Positions 37,545 to 49,753 of a DNA stretch of 64,000 bases are shown here, piece by piece (position 1 is the first letter of the stretch; each line of letters begins with the position of its first letter). The translations under genes and the position numbers were made by a program. The DNA lies in the NCBI RefSeq assembly GCF_022539665.2, contig NC_081332.1:6014001-6078000 (forward strand), written 5' to 3'. The notes under the pieces are model-generated. The model had not been told where the DNA came from. It was given only the letters and a program-made list of their open reading frames with translations, and did no database searches. This DNA comes from Daphnia carinata. Taxonomy: Eukaryota.

Positions 37545-39382
37545 ATGCCACTAACACAGAAAACTAATGCTTTCGTAATAGCTTGGATGTTTTTCGTGCT
37601 GGTGCAGTTCCTTCCCAACCAAGCGCTCGAAACTGTAAGTTGAATGTTGTATTGATTCAATTGTCGTTTATGTTCCTCTTTAAAAATAATAACTTCACTA
37701 GAACCTCTGCACGTTAAACACGATTGTAAAGAACACGTTGTGTTTTAACGTTTTTGAGCATAATAATTCTCTGCTGAAAATGTGTGCACGGTTTTCTTCA
37801 TTGCCCATTAAAGAGAGAAATCCGCCAGTGCAGTAATATCGTCTTATCCCAGATTTTGTAGACTACCATATTTAAAACTTTAATTGTAGACCAAAGGTTT
37901 TTCCCACTCGAGCTCGCTTCAAAGATCATCCCTAAAAATATTAAGGATTTTAATGCATTTAGTGGTAACGAAAGGTCATTCGGAAAAAAAAAAAAAAAAA
38001 AAACTGTAGAACGTTCTGTCAGAACATCCGAAAATAGAGATGGATGTTGTTTGAACACTATTGGTCAAAAAATGACAACATTTCTATGCAAACTTCGATG
38101 GATTACACGACAGTGGCAGCCATTTTCTCGACTCCTGTAAAAAAAAAAAAAAATTCTAGAACGTTTTGTGCAGAACATCTAAACGAAAATAGAGATAAGG
38201 GGCAATGTTGCGTGATATCTATTGGTCAAGTCTTTTAAGGCAATGACAGAACAAAAATCATTTCCCCGTTTGACAGGTAAAAAAAAAACACATAGAAATT
38301 TTTTTTTGGTAATTTTAAATTGTAGAAACGATAAAAATTTTTTTTTTTTTGCATTTTCCTCTTTTCACAAATAGTGTCGTAGAGATGCGGAGTGCACGAC
38401 ACCAGGTACCTACTGCCTAGGTGGATTTTGCGATGGCCACTGCATCCCGTGCCATCAGTTCCTGCGCAATCCTCCTTATTCCGGTGATTGCGCTAAACGG
38501 GAAGAAGATTGCGGGACATGTGTTCCTGGGTATTCGCTTCAATTTACATCGCTCTGTGCAGACGTTACTAATTGACCTTGTTTCTTTTCGGATCAGGACT
38601 GTTGCGGAGGAGCTGGTAGGGATGCGGCACGCCTTCCGATGTAAAAAAGCTGAAGATCCTATTCCCTACCCGAAGCCGGCTTTTACGGTACCCGAATGGC
38701 GCACTTTGACGTTTAGCGTTGTTGGCTTGACAGTGGTGTTGGCATTGGTCGCCGTGGGCACCTTCCTCAAGCACAAAGGCATTGGTGGTCAAAGCAAACA
38801 AATTCATGTGGCGTCTCAAATATATTATCAACTAAATCATCCGTTAAAAATGAATTTTTAGTTTTCCGCCATCGGCAGACGTCTGGAACGTCTCTTACCA
38901 CTCCAAATAATTCAACTGGAGTGTTAGATGAGGCGGAACAGCCCTTAACGTCAGGCGTCCCGCCGAATGAAGAACGACGTTTGGAGAGGGAGAGAAATGT
39001 CAAAGCCCAGCCAATAGACGATCCAGTCTCTACCAATTCGATGGAGAATTTGGAGCTTTCTGCTCCCCCATTTCCTTCCGATGTACCATCCATTCCAGAC
39101 GGAAGCGCAAACAACAACGTATTAGCTGGTGGTACGTACGATGGGGTTACCATAGAACTTTCCGGCTATCGAAACGGGAATCAAACGGAATCCACTGCAC
39201 CTTCGGCCACTTTGCCAATTTCCAATGCTGTCCCTGTTGCCATCGAAATGGAACCGGATGGATCGGATAATGAATCGGGGGAAGATACCAAGGAAAGCTG
39301 CTACGAGCAGTTCAACTTTGGCTTTTTCTTTAAAGCTGAAAGAGTAAGCACAAGGACAGCAGGATGCGCTAATAATAACTAA
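37545..39382 (+). CDS. Type I membrane protein with a TNFR-like cysteine-rich ectodomain; apparent 1-nt frameshift at ~38396 (pseudogene or sequence error)
   Basis: Exon 37545-37634 encodes signal peptide MPLTQKTNAFVIAWMFFVLVQFLPNQALET; exon 38375-38529 CRRDAEC[shift]RPPGTYCLGGFCDGHCIPCHQFLRNPPYSGDCAKREEDCGTCVPG; exon from 38597 TVAEELVGMRHAFRCKK then TM TLTFSVVGLTVVLALVAVGTFL-KHK; exon 38862-39382 encodes an acidic Pro/Ser-rich tail with no recognisable death domain. Confidence 0.6.
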
Positions 39383-39816
39383 AGGCAGTGCTTCTTACTA
39401 AACGGCAGGCAAAGAGTAAGGCTATTAGTTATAATTAACGTAATTAAATAAGAAGCATCTATTCAGTAAATTTTTAAGCCTAATTTCCAAGGCAAGAAAT
39501 GGAATGTTAGTTAATCACCCCTCACTTCAAATCTTCAAATAAGAAGTACTGCTACTACAATAACGCCGCTCGAGTCACGTCACAAAAGACCCCGAAAGCT
39601 CCCAAATGAGCTGCTTTGGTGATTCCATGATTAGCTGAAGTGCGTAATTCATTTTGTTCGACGTGTTCCATTTAACCCATTTAAGAAACTTTACTTCAAA
39701 TAAGGTCGCTACATACATACTTTTCTTTCTTTTAAAATGCTAATGTTAAATAACAGGGTAACTACAGATTTGAATAAAATGCCCTTTTCCATGACAAGGC
39801 CAGCCAAACTTGAATT

Positions 39817-41530
39817 TTAAGGCGAAGTGGATTCTTCTACAAGAGTGGTATGATTAAAGAAGAAATTGTTTCGTTCTGTGAGTCGGCGATTGCTGAATAC
39901 ACTGCCGTTATCTGTTGCATCGCTATCAGTTAAGACGATCTGGTTGCTGCGTCTGAACACGATGTATTTCCTGAGGTAGGTTTCGCACGAAATCGTTTGC
40001 CTATATTCTTTGTTTTGTATCTTGTTGTTCATGATGGGTTGGACACCGTCTGCTCCTCTCAACATCCCCTCCAGGTCCCGAATGGGGCTTTCATCAGGTA
40101 ACAAGCCATCACACGCACTGCTTAAATATTCTTCTTCCATTTTCTGACACAAGGTTTGAATGAAATAGGTTCCTTGTATCGCATCAGAAAGGTGACACGA
40201 GAATATATTTAGAAATGATTGATTCTATTATTCATGAGAATCTATATAACACTTACCAATGCAAGCATTCCTTAAGGAAACGAATCCCGGAATAGTTGAT
40301 TTAATGGTCATGAAATCCATAATAGATGGATTACGATTGAGCTTGTCTTCTTCGACGTTGAAGGATTTAAAGCAATTGGATATATATTTGATGGCAGCGG
40401 ATGCAGGACTCAGCAGCACGGTGGATTCTTTGTTTCCTTCGGCACTGTCTATAAAAAGAAATTAAAAAATATATATATATTTTTATCCTACATACATCAG
40501 CAAAGTTAAATTTTAGCTACGATAAATTGCATTTGCGTCGTTAACTGCACTACGATGAGTAGAGAAAATGCTGATCCTGGGAACGCTAGTGGTACGACCT
40601 GTGTTTGGCTCTGTTCCAGATCTCCTTGGCACGCTTGGACGATGAAGATTTTTGGTTTGCCGTACAGGGTCGGACAAAAGTTATAAAAAAACTTGTACTT
40701 GTGCTTGTTAATGTTGACTTAATGTCCGTCAAAGCCGGCAATAGCGTTCACCATGCCGTAGGACAAGAGGCAAACAACTAGGCAGTCATATTTCGAGAAA
40801 TTTCTAGCTGCCAGGTTTTTCATTTCGCCTTCGATATCATACGACATCAAATCGTGGTGAACGACAACATCAAAACCCAATTTCAAGAAAATGCGTGTTA
40901 AGCTTGTCCAATCATGTTCGCTTCCAGCTCGATGTGAGAGCTATGGTAAAAAAAAATTAGATCCATTGTCGTCAAAAAAATTTATCCACATCGTCTGTTC
41001 CAGTCAAGATGTAGTAATAGAAACAGCCGAGAAGAAACACATCCAAGGACTGATGAAGGGGCTGATTCTTGCGCCGGCTCTCCGAGGATTCCCAACCTTC
41101 CGACGCCACAGTTCCAGACAAGTCCTTATCAGGATCAAGCATTCTACTCAACCGAAAATCTGTTATTTTGATTGCGTAACGAGCCGGGCCATTGCCCGGC
41201 TGTATTTCCTTCACAAGGAAACTGCTCGACTTTACGTTACGATGGACAAAATGATTTTGATGAAGGTAGTCAAGTCCTCTGGTTGCCTGGAACAAGATTC
41301 CTTTTATCGTTAGGGATGATAAAATGGCCGTTTTCAACGGATCATTTACGGGCTTTCGTTCAAAGATATCAGTAATAGAGCATAAGCAGAGCTCTGTCGC
41401 AATATACCTATGTAACAAATTGGGGTTTACCATCAGCAATAGAAATAAATGAAACGTATTTGCCTTACACGAAATCGTTTTTTTCATCCGTTTCATAGCT
41501 GAAATAGCGAATAAAGTTTTCGTGAATATC
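39817..41530 (-). pseudogene. Pseudokinase-caspase fusion, copy A (5'-truncated pseudogene)
   Basis: Homologous to 60290-62300. Catalytic SHG changed to SYG (~40757), TAA at ~40718, ~300-bp deletion at ~40985 removing the kinase C-terminus and caspase start, donor after FPGS lost, 5' exons absent. Confidence 0.9.
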
Positions 41531-41562
41531 CAATTAGTTATTGGTTTCCAATTATATCCAAT

Positions 41563-41880
41563 TGGTTACCATAGAACTTGGTGACTATCGAGACGGGAAT
41601 CAAACGGAATCCATTGCACCTTGGGCCACTTTGCCAACTTCCAATGCTGTCCCGATTGCCATCGAAATGGATCCGGATGGATCGGATAATGACTCGGGGG
41701 AAGATACCGAGGAAAGCTGCTACGAGCAGATCGATTTTGGCTTTTTTTTAAAGCTAAAAGAGTAAACCCAAGGACCCACTAATAAAAGCCGTAGGACGCC
41801 CTAATAATAATTAGAGACGGTGCCAATTACTAAACAGAAGGCAAAGAATAAGACTATTGTGTATAATTAATGCAATTAAT
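41563..41880 (+). repeat. Duplicated 3' end of the TNFR-like gene (cytoplasmic-tail fragment and 3' flank)
   Basis: VTIELGDYRDGNQTESIAPWATLPTSNAVPIAIEMDPDGSDNDSGEDTEESCYEQ closely matches 39145-39440. Confidence 0.85.
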
Positions 41881-44800
41881 GCCGGTTCGAACCCTCGTTT
41901 GGCGAACCGCTGAGGGATAATTCTTTTTGGCTGTGGTCGGAAAGTTTCGTAAGTTTAAAACGTAATATTGGCTTTAAAATTAAAGACCATTACGTCAAAC
42001 TGCCTGTAACTTTGCGTTCCATTTAGCAAATTTAATAAACTTCAAAATAAATAATACTTGTCAGATTACAATTTAAAAAACTTGTAAGCTTAACAGAGGA
42101 ATTCCTATTGTGCTCCCCTGAAAAACCAAACTTTTTCCTATGGACACAGTTTCGATTTTGTAATGTACATTTTTGTTACATTACATTACTTTAACTTTAC
42201 TAATCAATATTGTTCTAATTGCTGGTTTTTAATAGCACCACCTGTGCCAAAATAGATAAGAAATAAGAAAAATATATATAATAAGAATATAACAAGAAAT
42301 ATATAAGAATATATAAGAATAAACACCGTTAATAATGAATACTATTTTGCAGTTCTCTCAAAGTGAATCAATCTGTAATTGTATTTTAAAAATTAAGAAC
42401 CTTTATTTTTAATTCAAAAACGCCATATAAAAAATTTAATGCTAAAAACTTTAGCTGAATGGCTATTCCCTTATTAAGGACTAGGATGTGGTGGACTCTA
42501 CGCTCTGTTCTGGTGGTGTGCATGAGGCTGTCCCAAATGCCGATCCTACTGCCCAATGGTAAATCGTACACCGTATTTGTCGTTTCAATTTTCTTTTACC
42601 GTATAAGACTATTGCGGTGAAAAATTTCAACAGGCCGTGAATGTGACGCGTGGCTTTAAAGGTGATTACATGAAATAAAAACAAAATGGCGAGTTCTGAG
42701 CAATATTTTGATGCCCCACTTTTGCCTACCTAGGGATGCCGTGGGTAGGCAAACGTGACCACTTATCCAAACATTATTGTAGCTTCTAGACACAACACCC
42801 TTTAATATAGGATTGAGTGGAACTGGGTCTGGAGAGATTCAAAGCGGGCACGGGCCCTGTGAGGCAGCCAGGACGAACTAATAAGCGGTAGACGGGTGGT
42901 ACCAAGTGCCAAGTCACACCGCACCATTCGTGTGCCATCGTCTCACAGGGTGCATCCCCTCAAGGATCGTAGATTTTATATTTGATAGCGATCTGGGATG
43001 CACTTTCCGCACCCTTTGTTTTAATCATGGAAAGGGTCGGCGCAGCAATCAATCCTCATTTTTTTATTTTGAATATTCCGAATCATTATTGGAACCGCAG
43101 CCATCCGAATTACTGAGAAATAATTTTTTTTTTTTCGTTTTGTTCCGACAGTTTTGTAAGTTTGAAACCTAAATTTTGGTTTTCTTTAATCTGATGAATT
43201 GAGTTTTGATTGGGGAAAAAGACCATTTCATTTCAAACAAGGTGGCCATTTCTATATTTTTTGTTTCTCCTACAATGTTCGTGTTAAACAATCGTGTTAC
43301 TAAACATTTGAATAAAATTTACTTTTCGATGACAAGAATACCAACTTGAATTTAAGGCGAACCGGATTCTTTTATAGGGGCGCTATGGTTAACGAAGAAA
43401 TTGTTCCGTTCTGTGAATCGGCGATTGCTGGATTCACTGTCATTATCTTTTGCATCGTCATCGGTTTTGACGTGTTTCTCGAACACGATGTATTTCCTTA
43501 GGTAGGTTTCACACGAAATCGTTTGTCTTTTTTCTGTGTTCTGTAACTTTTTGTTCATGATGGATTGGACACCGTCGTCTCCTCTCAATATTCCCTCCAA
43601 GTCCCGAATGCCATCATACGCCCTGGTTAAATATACTTCTTCCATTTTCTGACACAAGGCTTGAATGAAATAGGTTCCTTATATCGCGTCAGAAAGATAA
43701 CACGAGAATATATTTTAAAATGGTTTAGAAATGTTCAATTCGATAATTGCGTGGGACACAACTATATAACACTTACCAGTATAGGTATTCCGAAAGGAAA
43801 CGAATCCCGGAATAGTTGATGTGATGGTCATAAAATCCATAATAGGTGGATTCCCATTGAGCTTGTCTTCGTTGACGTTGATGGATTGAAAGCAATGGGA
43901 CATATATTTGATAGCAGCGGATGCAGGACTCAGTTGCACGGTGGATTCTTTGTTTTCTTCGGCATTGTCAATAAAAAAGAAATTAAAAAATATATATATT
44001 TTTTATCCTATGTACATCACCCGAGTTAAATGTTAGCTACGACAAATTGCATTTGCGTCGTTAACTGCACTACGATGTGTAGAGAACATACCTGATCCTG
44101 GGGAGACTGGTGGTACGATCCCTGTTTGACTCTGTTTCAGTTCTCCTTGGCACGCTTGAATGATGAAAATTTTTGGTTTGCCGTACAGGCTAGGGCAACG
44201 CTCATAACGAAACTTGTACTTGAGTTTGTTAGTGTTGGCGTAAAATCCGTCAGAGCCGGCAATAGCGTTCTCTACGCCGTGGGACAAAAGACAAACAACT
44301 AGGCAGCCATAGTCCGAGAAGTCTTTCTTTGCCAGGTTTTTCATTTGGTGTTTGATACCGAGCGACATTAAATTGTGATGACGATCGTCAACTTCAAAAC
44401 CTAATTTCTTGAAAATGTCTTTTAACCTTGCCCCATCACGGTCAGTTGCAAGCCGGCGTTGAGGCTATGGTTTTAAAAAGATTAGGTGTTTGAATTCGTT
44501 CATTAGGTTTATTTATCAAAAATGAAAATGAATTGTGAAAGACCAATACCTCTACGTTGGCGAAATACTCCTGATTAAATATAACACAAAGACCTGGCTT
44601 ATTAGAATCGTATATCGGATAGTGTTCCTTCATAGGTGGCCGGAAATATTTATGATCGAGGACTTCCGATAGGCTTAGTCGCTGGTTTTCATCGAACTTG
44701 ATCATCTGCTTGATCAAAGCTATCGCATTTTCATTCTTTACGCCTGATGGCTTCCATTCTGCGTTGTAAACAAAGTAATCCAAATCGTTAATGTTCGTGG

Positions 44801-46125
44801 TACGTCTGAGTTTATCATCACTGAACGGATGAGATGGACTGGGATTCTCGTCGCCTGTTCCAGTCAAGACGTAGTGATAGAAACAACCGAGAATAAACAC
44901 GTCCAAGGACTGATCAACTTCCTGATCCGTGCGTTGGCTTTCCGGGGCCACCCACTCATCCGAGGCAATAGTTCCAGACCAACACTTGCCTGGAACAATC
45001 ATTCTGCTCAACCGAAAATCTGTTATCTTGATTGCGTAACCAACAATGTGTTTGCCCGACAGTATTTCCTTCACAAGGAAACTGCTCGGCTTTACGTTAC
45101 GATGGACAAAATGATTTTGATGAAGGTAGGCAAGTCCCCTAGTTGCCTGTAACAAGATTCCTTTCGCCGTTAGCGATTTTAAAACAGTTTTTTTCAACGA
45201 ATCTTTTTCTTTTCGTTCAAAGATGTCAGCAATAGAGCACAAGCACAGCTCTGTCGCTATATACCTATGTAAGAAATTGGGATTTACCATCAGCAATAGC
45301 AATAAATCAAACGTATTTGCCTTACACGAAATTGTCTAATTCATCCGTTTCGTAGCTGAAATAGCGAATAAAATTTTCATGTACATCCAATTTTCGTAGA
45401 ATACGTTTTTCACGTTTAATTTCAGTTTCCAAATCGGGTTTTATTTCTATTTTTTCGATGGCTACTAGAATTTTTTTTCATAAAAACCTTGGAAAATTTG
45501 TCGTTGAATGGGCGATGCTTCTTTTGGGGAGTTCAAAACTGTTTTGGGTTCGCATCTCTGGGATGTTGTATCCTTCGGCAACGACTTGCAGTCGTAGCTC
45601 AGTTTACCACCATTTCGTACCCAAGTTCTATCTGTAAACTCCACCGTTTTGGGACGTACGTGTTATGTATTATTAGCAATGTAATTTAGTATAGTGCGTT
45701 TGGTAATTGGGCTGGCCTACCTTTGTACGTATCACTTTTGGAAACGATTTCATTAGGAAGAATTCTGACCTCTGTGACACCCAGGGATGGATCTTTCTGA
45801 ATCGCCAGCCGAATTTGGCTAAACGTTGAAGTTCACGCCAAGTGCGTACAGCATTAAAATAGAATCGCAAATTTTATAGGCTCCATTTGCCTCTTAATGT
45901 ATACCTGGAAACAGACCTGCCGTCCGATTATTTCTTGAGCGATTATCGGTAGCCGTCGATAATCGCAAAAAAAATGATCGGCGATCATTTGTCTGTTGAA
46001 AAAATTTGATCGGCGATTAAATTTCTTTGATTGTTTTTCCGATTATTTTTGATCGCCATCTAGCAGTAAGAAAATAACTTGCCATTGTTAAAATTGAAAA
46101 AATTGAAACAAGTAGACATTTCAAA

Positions 46126-48316
46126 AACAACATGGTCTCCGCGAGTTGACTCGACCGTTCGGGTTGTAAGAGGCACAAAATTCCTGCGTTTTGATTGGCT
46201 CTCCAGCTCTGATGCCAGTGGCAACCACCACTGAAAGAAAGCAAGCTGTTGATGTGTCGTCTGCTTGTGCCGTCTGCCTGTCGTCTGCATCGATTTTAAT
46301 TTTCAAAATAATTCAATTTTCAAATAACAAAATTACTAATCAAAAATCATAAAACGTTCCTAATATCAACACTGACATCTTTTACCACAACCCCTTGGAC
46401 TCGACGGTAAGCAATTTTTTTGTTTTTAGTGAGCCATGATAATGTAAGTAGTTGTAAAAATAATGTAAGACTGTGAATATTTGAATATGAAAATAAACCA
46501 AATGAAAAAGCTTTTCTTTTCTTTTTGTATTATAATAACGATATACCTATACCATAAGACAAACTTGGAATCGTAAAACTGTTTTTAAACTTTTTTTACG
46601 TTGACCATAATGGAAATTTGAAAAATGCCGCCTAAAAATAATGGCATCCGTTTTCTCTACTGTGATTGGTTGCTCGTAATTTAGTATTTCTTTAACTAAT
46701 TCGATAAATTTTTGTTGTTTAATGGCCACCAAAACATTCCTCGTGACACAAGGAAGCTAGATATTACCTTTATAACATATAATAAGCCTAAAGAATGCCT
46801 TAACGAAGGGCCCAAAGTTTTCGGTTTTTCATAGTTTCCCCTCCTCTCATACACCGTCCAAAAATTAAATATTTATTAATGGACAAACTATTGGTCTGAA
46901 ATGAATTATTTTAATTTCAATGAATAGCTCTTAGTATGAGCTTTCTACTTCTGTAACATTAAAAGTAGGATTCCCGTAATCAAAAAATTTCTGGAACGAA
47001 AGATTTTTTGTCGTTTTATCGTTTGGGTCCATTACATCTTTGGATCGCAAAACTTTGCAAAATAAAATTTTTTATATTTTTTTGTCATGGAAATATTGCA
47101 TTAAGTTTTACGAAAATCGAAAGCCCTTACAATGGGCTATTCACTGCAATTAGAATTATTTTAGACCAATAGTTTGTCCATTAATAAATATTTAATTTTT
47201 GGACGGTGTATGGGAGGAGGGGAAACTATGAAAAACCGAAAACTTTGGGCCCTTCGTTAAGGCAACAAACTATTGGTCTAAAATAATTCTAATTGCAGTG
47301 AATAGCCCATTGTAAGGGCTTTCGATTTTCGTAAAACTTAATGCAATATTTCCATGACAAAAAAATATAAAAAATTTTATTTTGCAAAGTTTTGCGATCC
47401 AAAGATGTAATGGACCCAAACGATAAAACGACAAAAAATCTTTCGTTCCAGAAATTTTTTGATTACGGGAATCCTACTTTTAATGTTACAGAAGTAGAAA
47501 GCTCATACTAAGAGCTATTCATTGAAATTAAAATAATTCATTTCAGACCAATAGTTTGTCCATTAATAAATATTTAATTTTTGGACGGTGTATGAGAGGA
47601 GGGGAAACTATGAAAAACCGAAAACTTTGGGCCCTTCGTTAAGGCATTCTTTAGGCTTATTATATGTTATAAAGGTAATATCTAGCTTCCTTGTGTCACG
47701 AGGAATGTTTTGGTGGCCATTAAACAACAAAAATTTATCGAATTAGTTAAAGAAATACTAAATTACGAGCAACCAATCACAGTAGAGAAAACGGATGCCA
47801 TTATTTTTAGGCGGCATTTTTCAAATTTCCATTATGGTCAACGTAAAAAAAGTTTAAAAACAGTTTTACGATTCCAAGTTTGTCTTATGGTATAGGTATA
47901 TCGTTATTATAATACAAAAAGAAAAGAAAAGCTTTTTCATTTGGTTTATTTTCATATTCAAATATTCACAGTCTTACATTATTTTTACAACTACTTACAT
48001 TATCATGGCTCACTAAAAACAAAAAAATTGCTTACCGTCGAGTCCAAGGGGTTGTGGTAAAAGATGTCAGTGTTGATATTAGGAACGTTTTATGATTTTT
48101 GATTAGTAATTTTGTTATTTGAAAATTGAATTATTTTGAAAATTAAAATCGATGCAGACGACAGGCAGACGGCACAAGCAGACGACACATCAACAGCTTG
48201 CTTTCTTTCAGTGGTGGTTGCCACTGGCATCAGAGCTGGAGAGCCAATCAAAACGCAGGAATTTTGTGCCTCTTACAACCCGAACGGTCGAGTCAACTCG
48301 CGGAGACCATGTTGTT
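46126..48316. repeat. Long inverted repeat: arms 46126-47177 and 47265-48316, spacer 87 bp
   Basis: Arms are reverse complements wherever compared; ORF track gives mirror translations (46547-46732 - equals 47710-47895 +; coordinate sum 94442). Confidence 0.93.
46797..47263. mobile_element. MITE-like element with ~100-bp terminal inverted repeats nested inside the hAT element
   Basis: GCCTTAACGAAGGGCCCAAAGTTTTCGG...GACAAACTATTGGTCT at the left and its reverse complement ending GGGCCCTTCGTTAAGGC at 47263; TSD unclear. Confidence 0.65.
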
Positions 48317-49258
48317 CAAAAAAGCGTCTGCTAAAAAAGTGACACAGCTATGAGTAGACTTTCATATAGTCTCATCTACCGTTCATAGATGTCGCTAAAT
48401 AATCGAAAAATAATCGCGATTAAAAATTAATTCTTTTCCACTTTAATCGCCGATTGCGATTGTTTTAAAATAATTTGATCGCCGATTAAAATTTTAATCG
48501 AAATCGCAATCGCGATTAATTTTCAATCGCGATTACGGCAGGTCTGCCTGGAAACATGATCGTGGCTGTTAGGAGAAACTCGGATTTCACTATAAGTTGC
48601 CTCATTTTGCTCCGGTAATCCGTCCTCGGCCAGTCGAGCGCTGGATGAACCATCACCACCCATTTCCTTATTATTACCTAGTACCAGGTTCCATAAGAAT
48701 GGAACATTCGAAGATGGACCAATATTAACTAACAGGGAAAAAGACATTTTGCCCAGCTTTCGCCAAATACTGAAACAATAAAGTAGTTGCGCGGTGGTTG
48801 AAGAAACTCTAAAGCAAATGAGCTTATCATAGCGTTCATAGAGATAGCACGTGATAAAACGATTTAATTTCCGGTCTTATCTCAAGTGTGAAGAAATAAT
48901 GTGGTGATACAAGTAGCTCGAAAAACAGTCAGCAAAGCTAAATAACAATTCAAAATTTTAATTGCATACAAACGAGGGCATGAAAGAAAATGTAATGAAC
49001 TAAATTTTTCGCTTGTGTTTCCAACTATCGAAACAGCAAGCCAATCTAGATTTCTATTCAGTATATTAAATGTTACTACATAAGCCACACAGTAAAAACA
49101 AAATGTAAAACTTAATTCTAGTGCTACACGATGGATATTTCACGTTTGTTCTGATATGCTCCAAGTTAATCCAACCCGCGGTTATGTAACGTGCAGTGTA
49201 GTTCATAATTACTGTATTGTAAATTGCTATTTGACGCTTAATGCTTCGCACTATTGAT

Positions 49259-49753
49259 GTGATTTAGCTCTCCGAATCGCCTCTCGAATTTTGCTAAACG
49301 TTTAAATTCAAGCCAAGTGCATAGAGCATCAAAATATAGCCTATTTAAAAGACTTAATTTGCTTCTTATATACCTGTAAACATCATTGTTGGTGTTAAGA
49401 GAAATCCTGATTTGACAAGAAGTTGGCTCATCTTGCTCTGGTAATCCGTCTTCAGCCAGTCCAGCACTGGATGAACCATCACCACCATTTTCCTGACGAT
49501 TATCTGGTTTCATTTTAGTTCCCTAAGATTGAAACACTCGAAGATGGGCTAATATCAACTAACAGTGAAAGTGATAGTTTGCCTAACTATCGCTAAGTAA
49601 TGCAACAAGAAAATGGTTGCGCGGTCATTGAAAAAAAAAAACACTAAAGCGAATGAGCTTATCATAGCGTCCATGGAGATAGCGCGGAAATAAAACGGAT
49701 TTTAAATATCTGGTCTTATCACAAGTGTGACGAAATAATTGTGGTGATGCAAG
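49259..49753 (-). pseudogene. 5' fragment (upstream region and most of exon 1) of another pseudokinase-caspase copy, nearly identical to copy C
   Basis: MKPDNRQENGGDGSSSAGLAEDGLPEQDEPTSCQIRISL...AKFERRFGELNH matches 62670-63158; truncated after ELNH. Confidence 0.88.

Larger units (their letters stand above)
45912..48546. mobile_element. Non-autonomous hAT-superfamily DNA transposon
   Basis: 12-bp TIRs CAGACCTGCCGT / ACGGCAGGTCTG; 8-bp TSD CCTGGAAA at 45904-45911 and 48547-48554; subterminal ATCGCCG/CGGCGAT repeats at both ends; no transposase ORF. Confidence 0.9.
43352..48747 (-). pseudogene. Pseudokinase-caspase fusion, copy B: kinase C-lobe and caspase exons intact, 5' part disrupted
   Basis: Open exons YIATELC...HRNVKPSSF...TDFRLSR...WVAPE, PGLCVIFNQEYF, CLLSHG, KPKIFIIQACQG and p10. 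Exon 1 is split by a hAT insertion (45912-48546); TAA at 45874-45876 where copy C has TTA; 8-A run at 45471-45478 where 9 are needed for frame. Confidence 0.85.

Noticed and set aside
46017..48342. Mirror-image small ORFs as genes
   Set aside because: By-products of the palindrome with no protein motifs.
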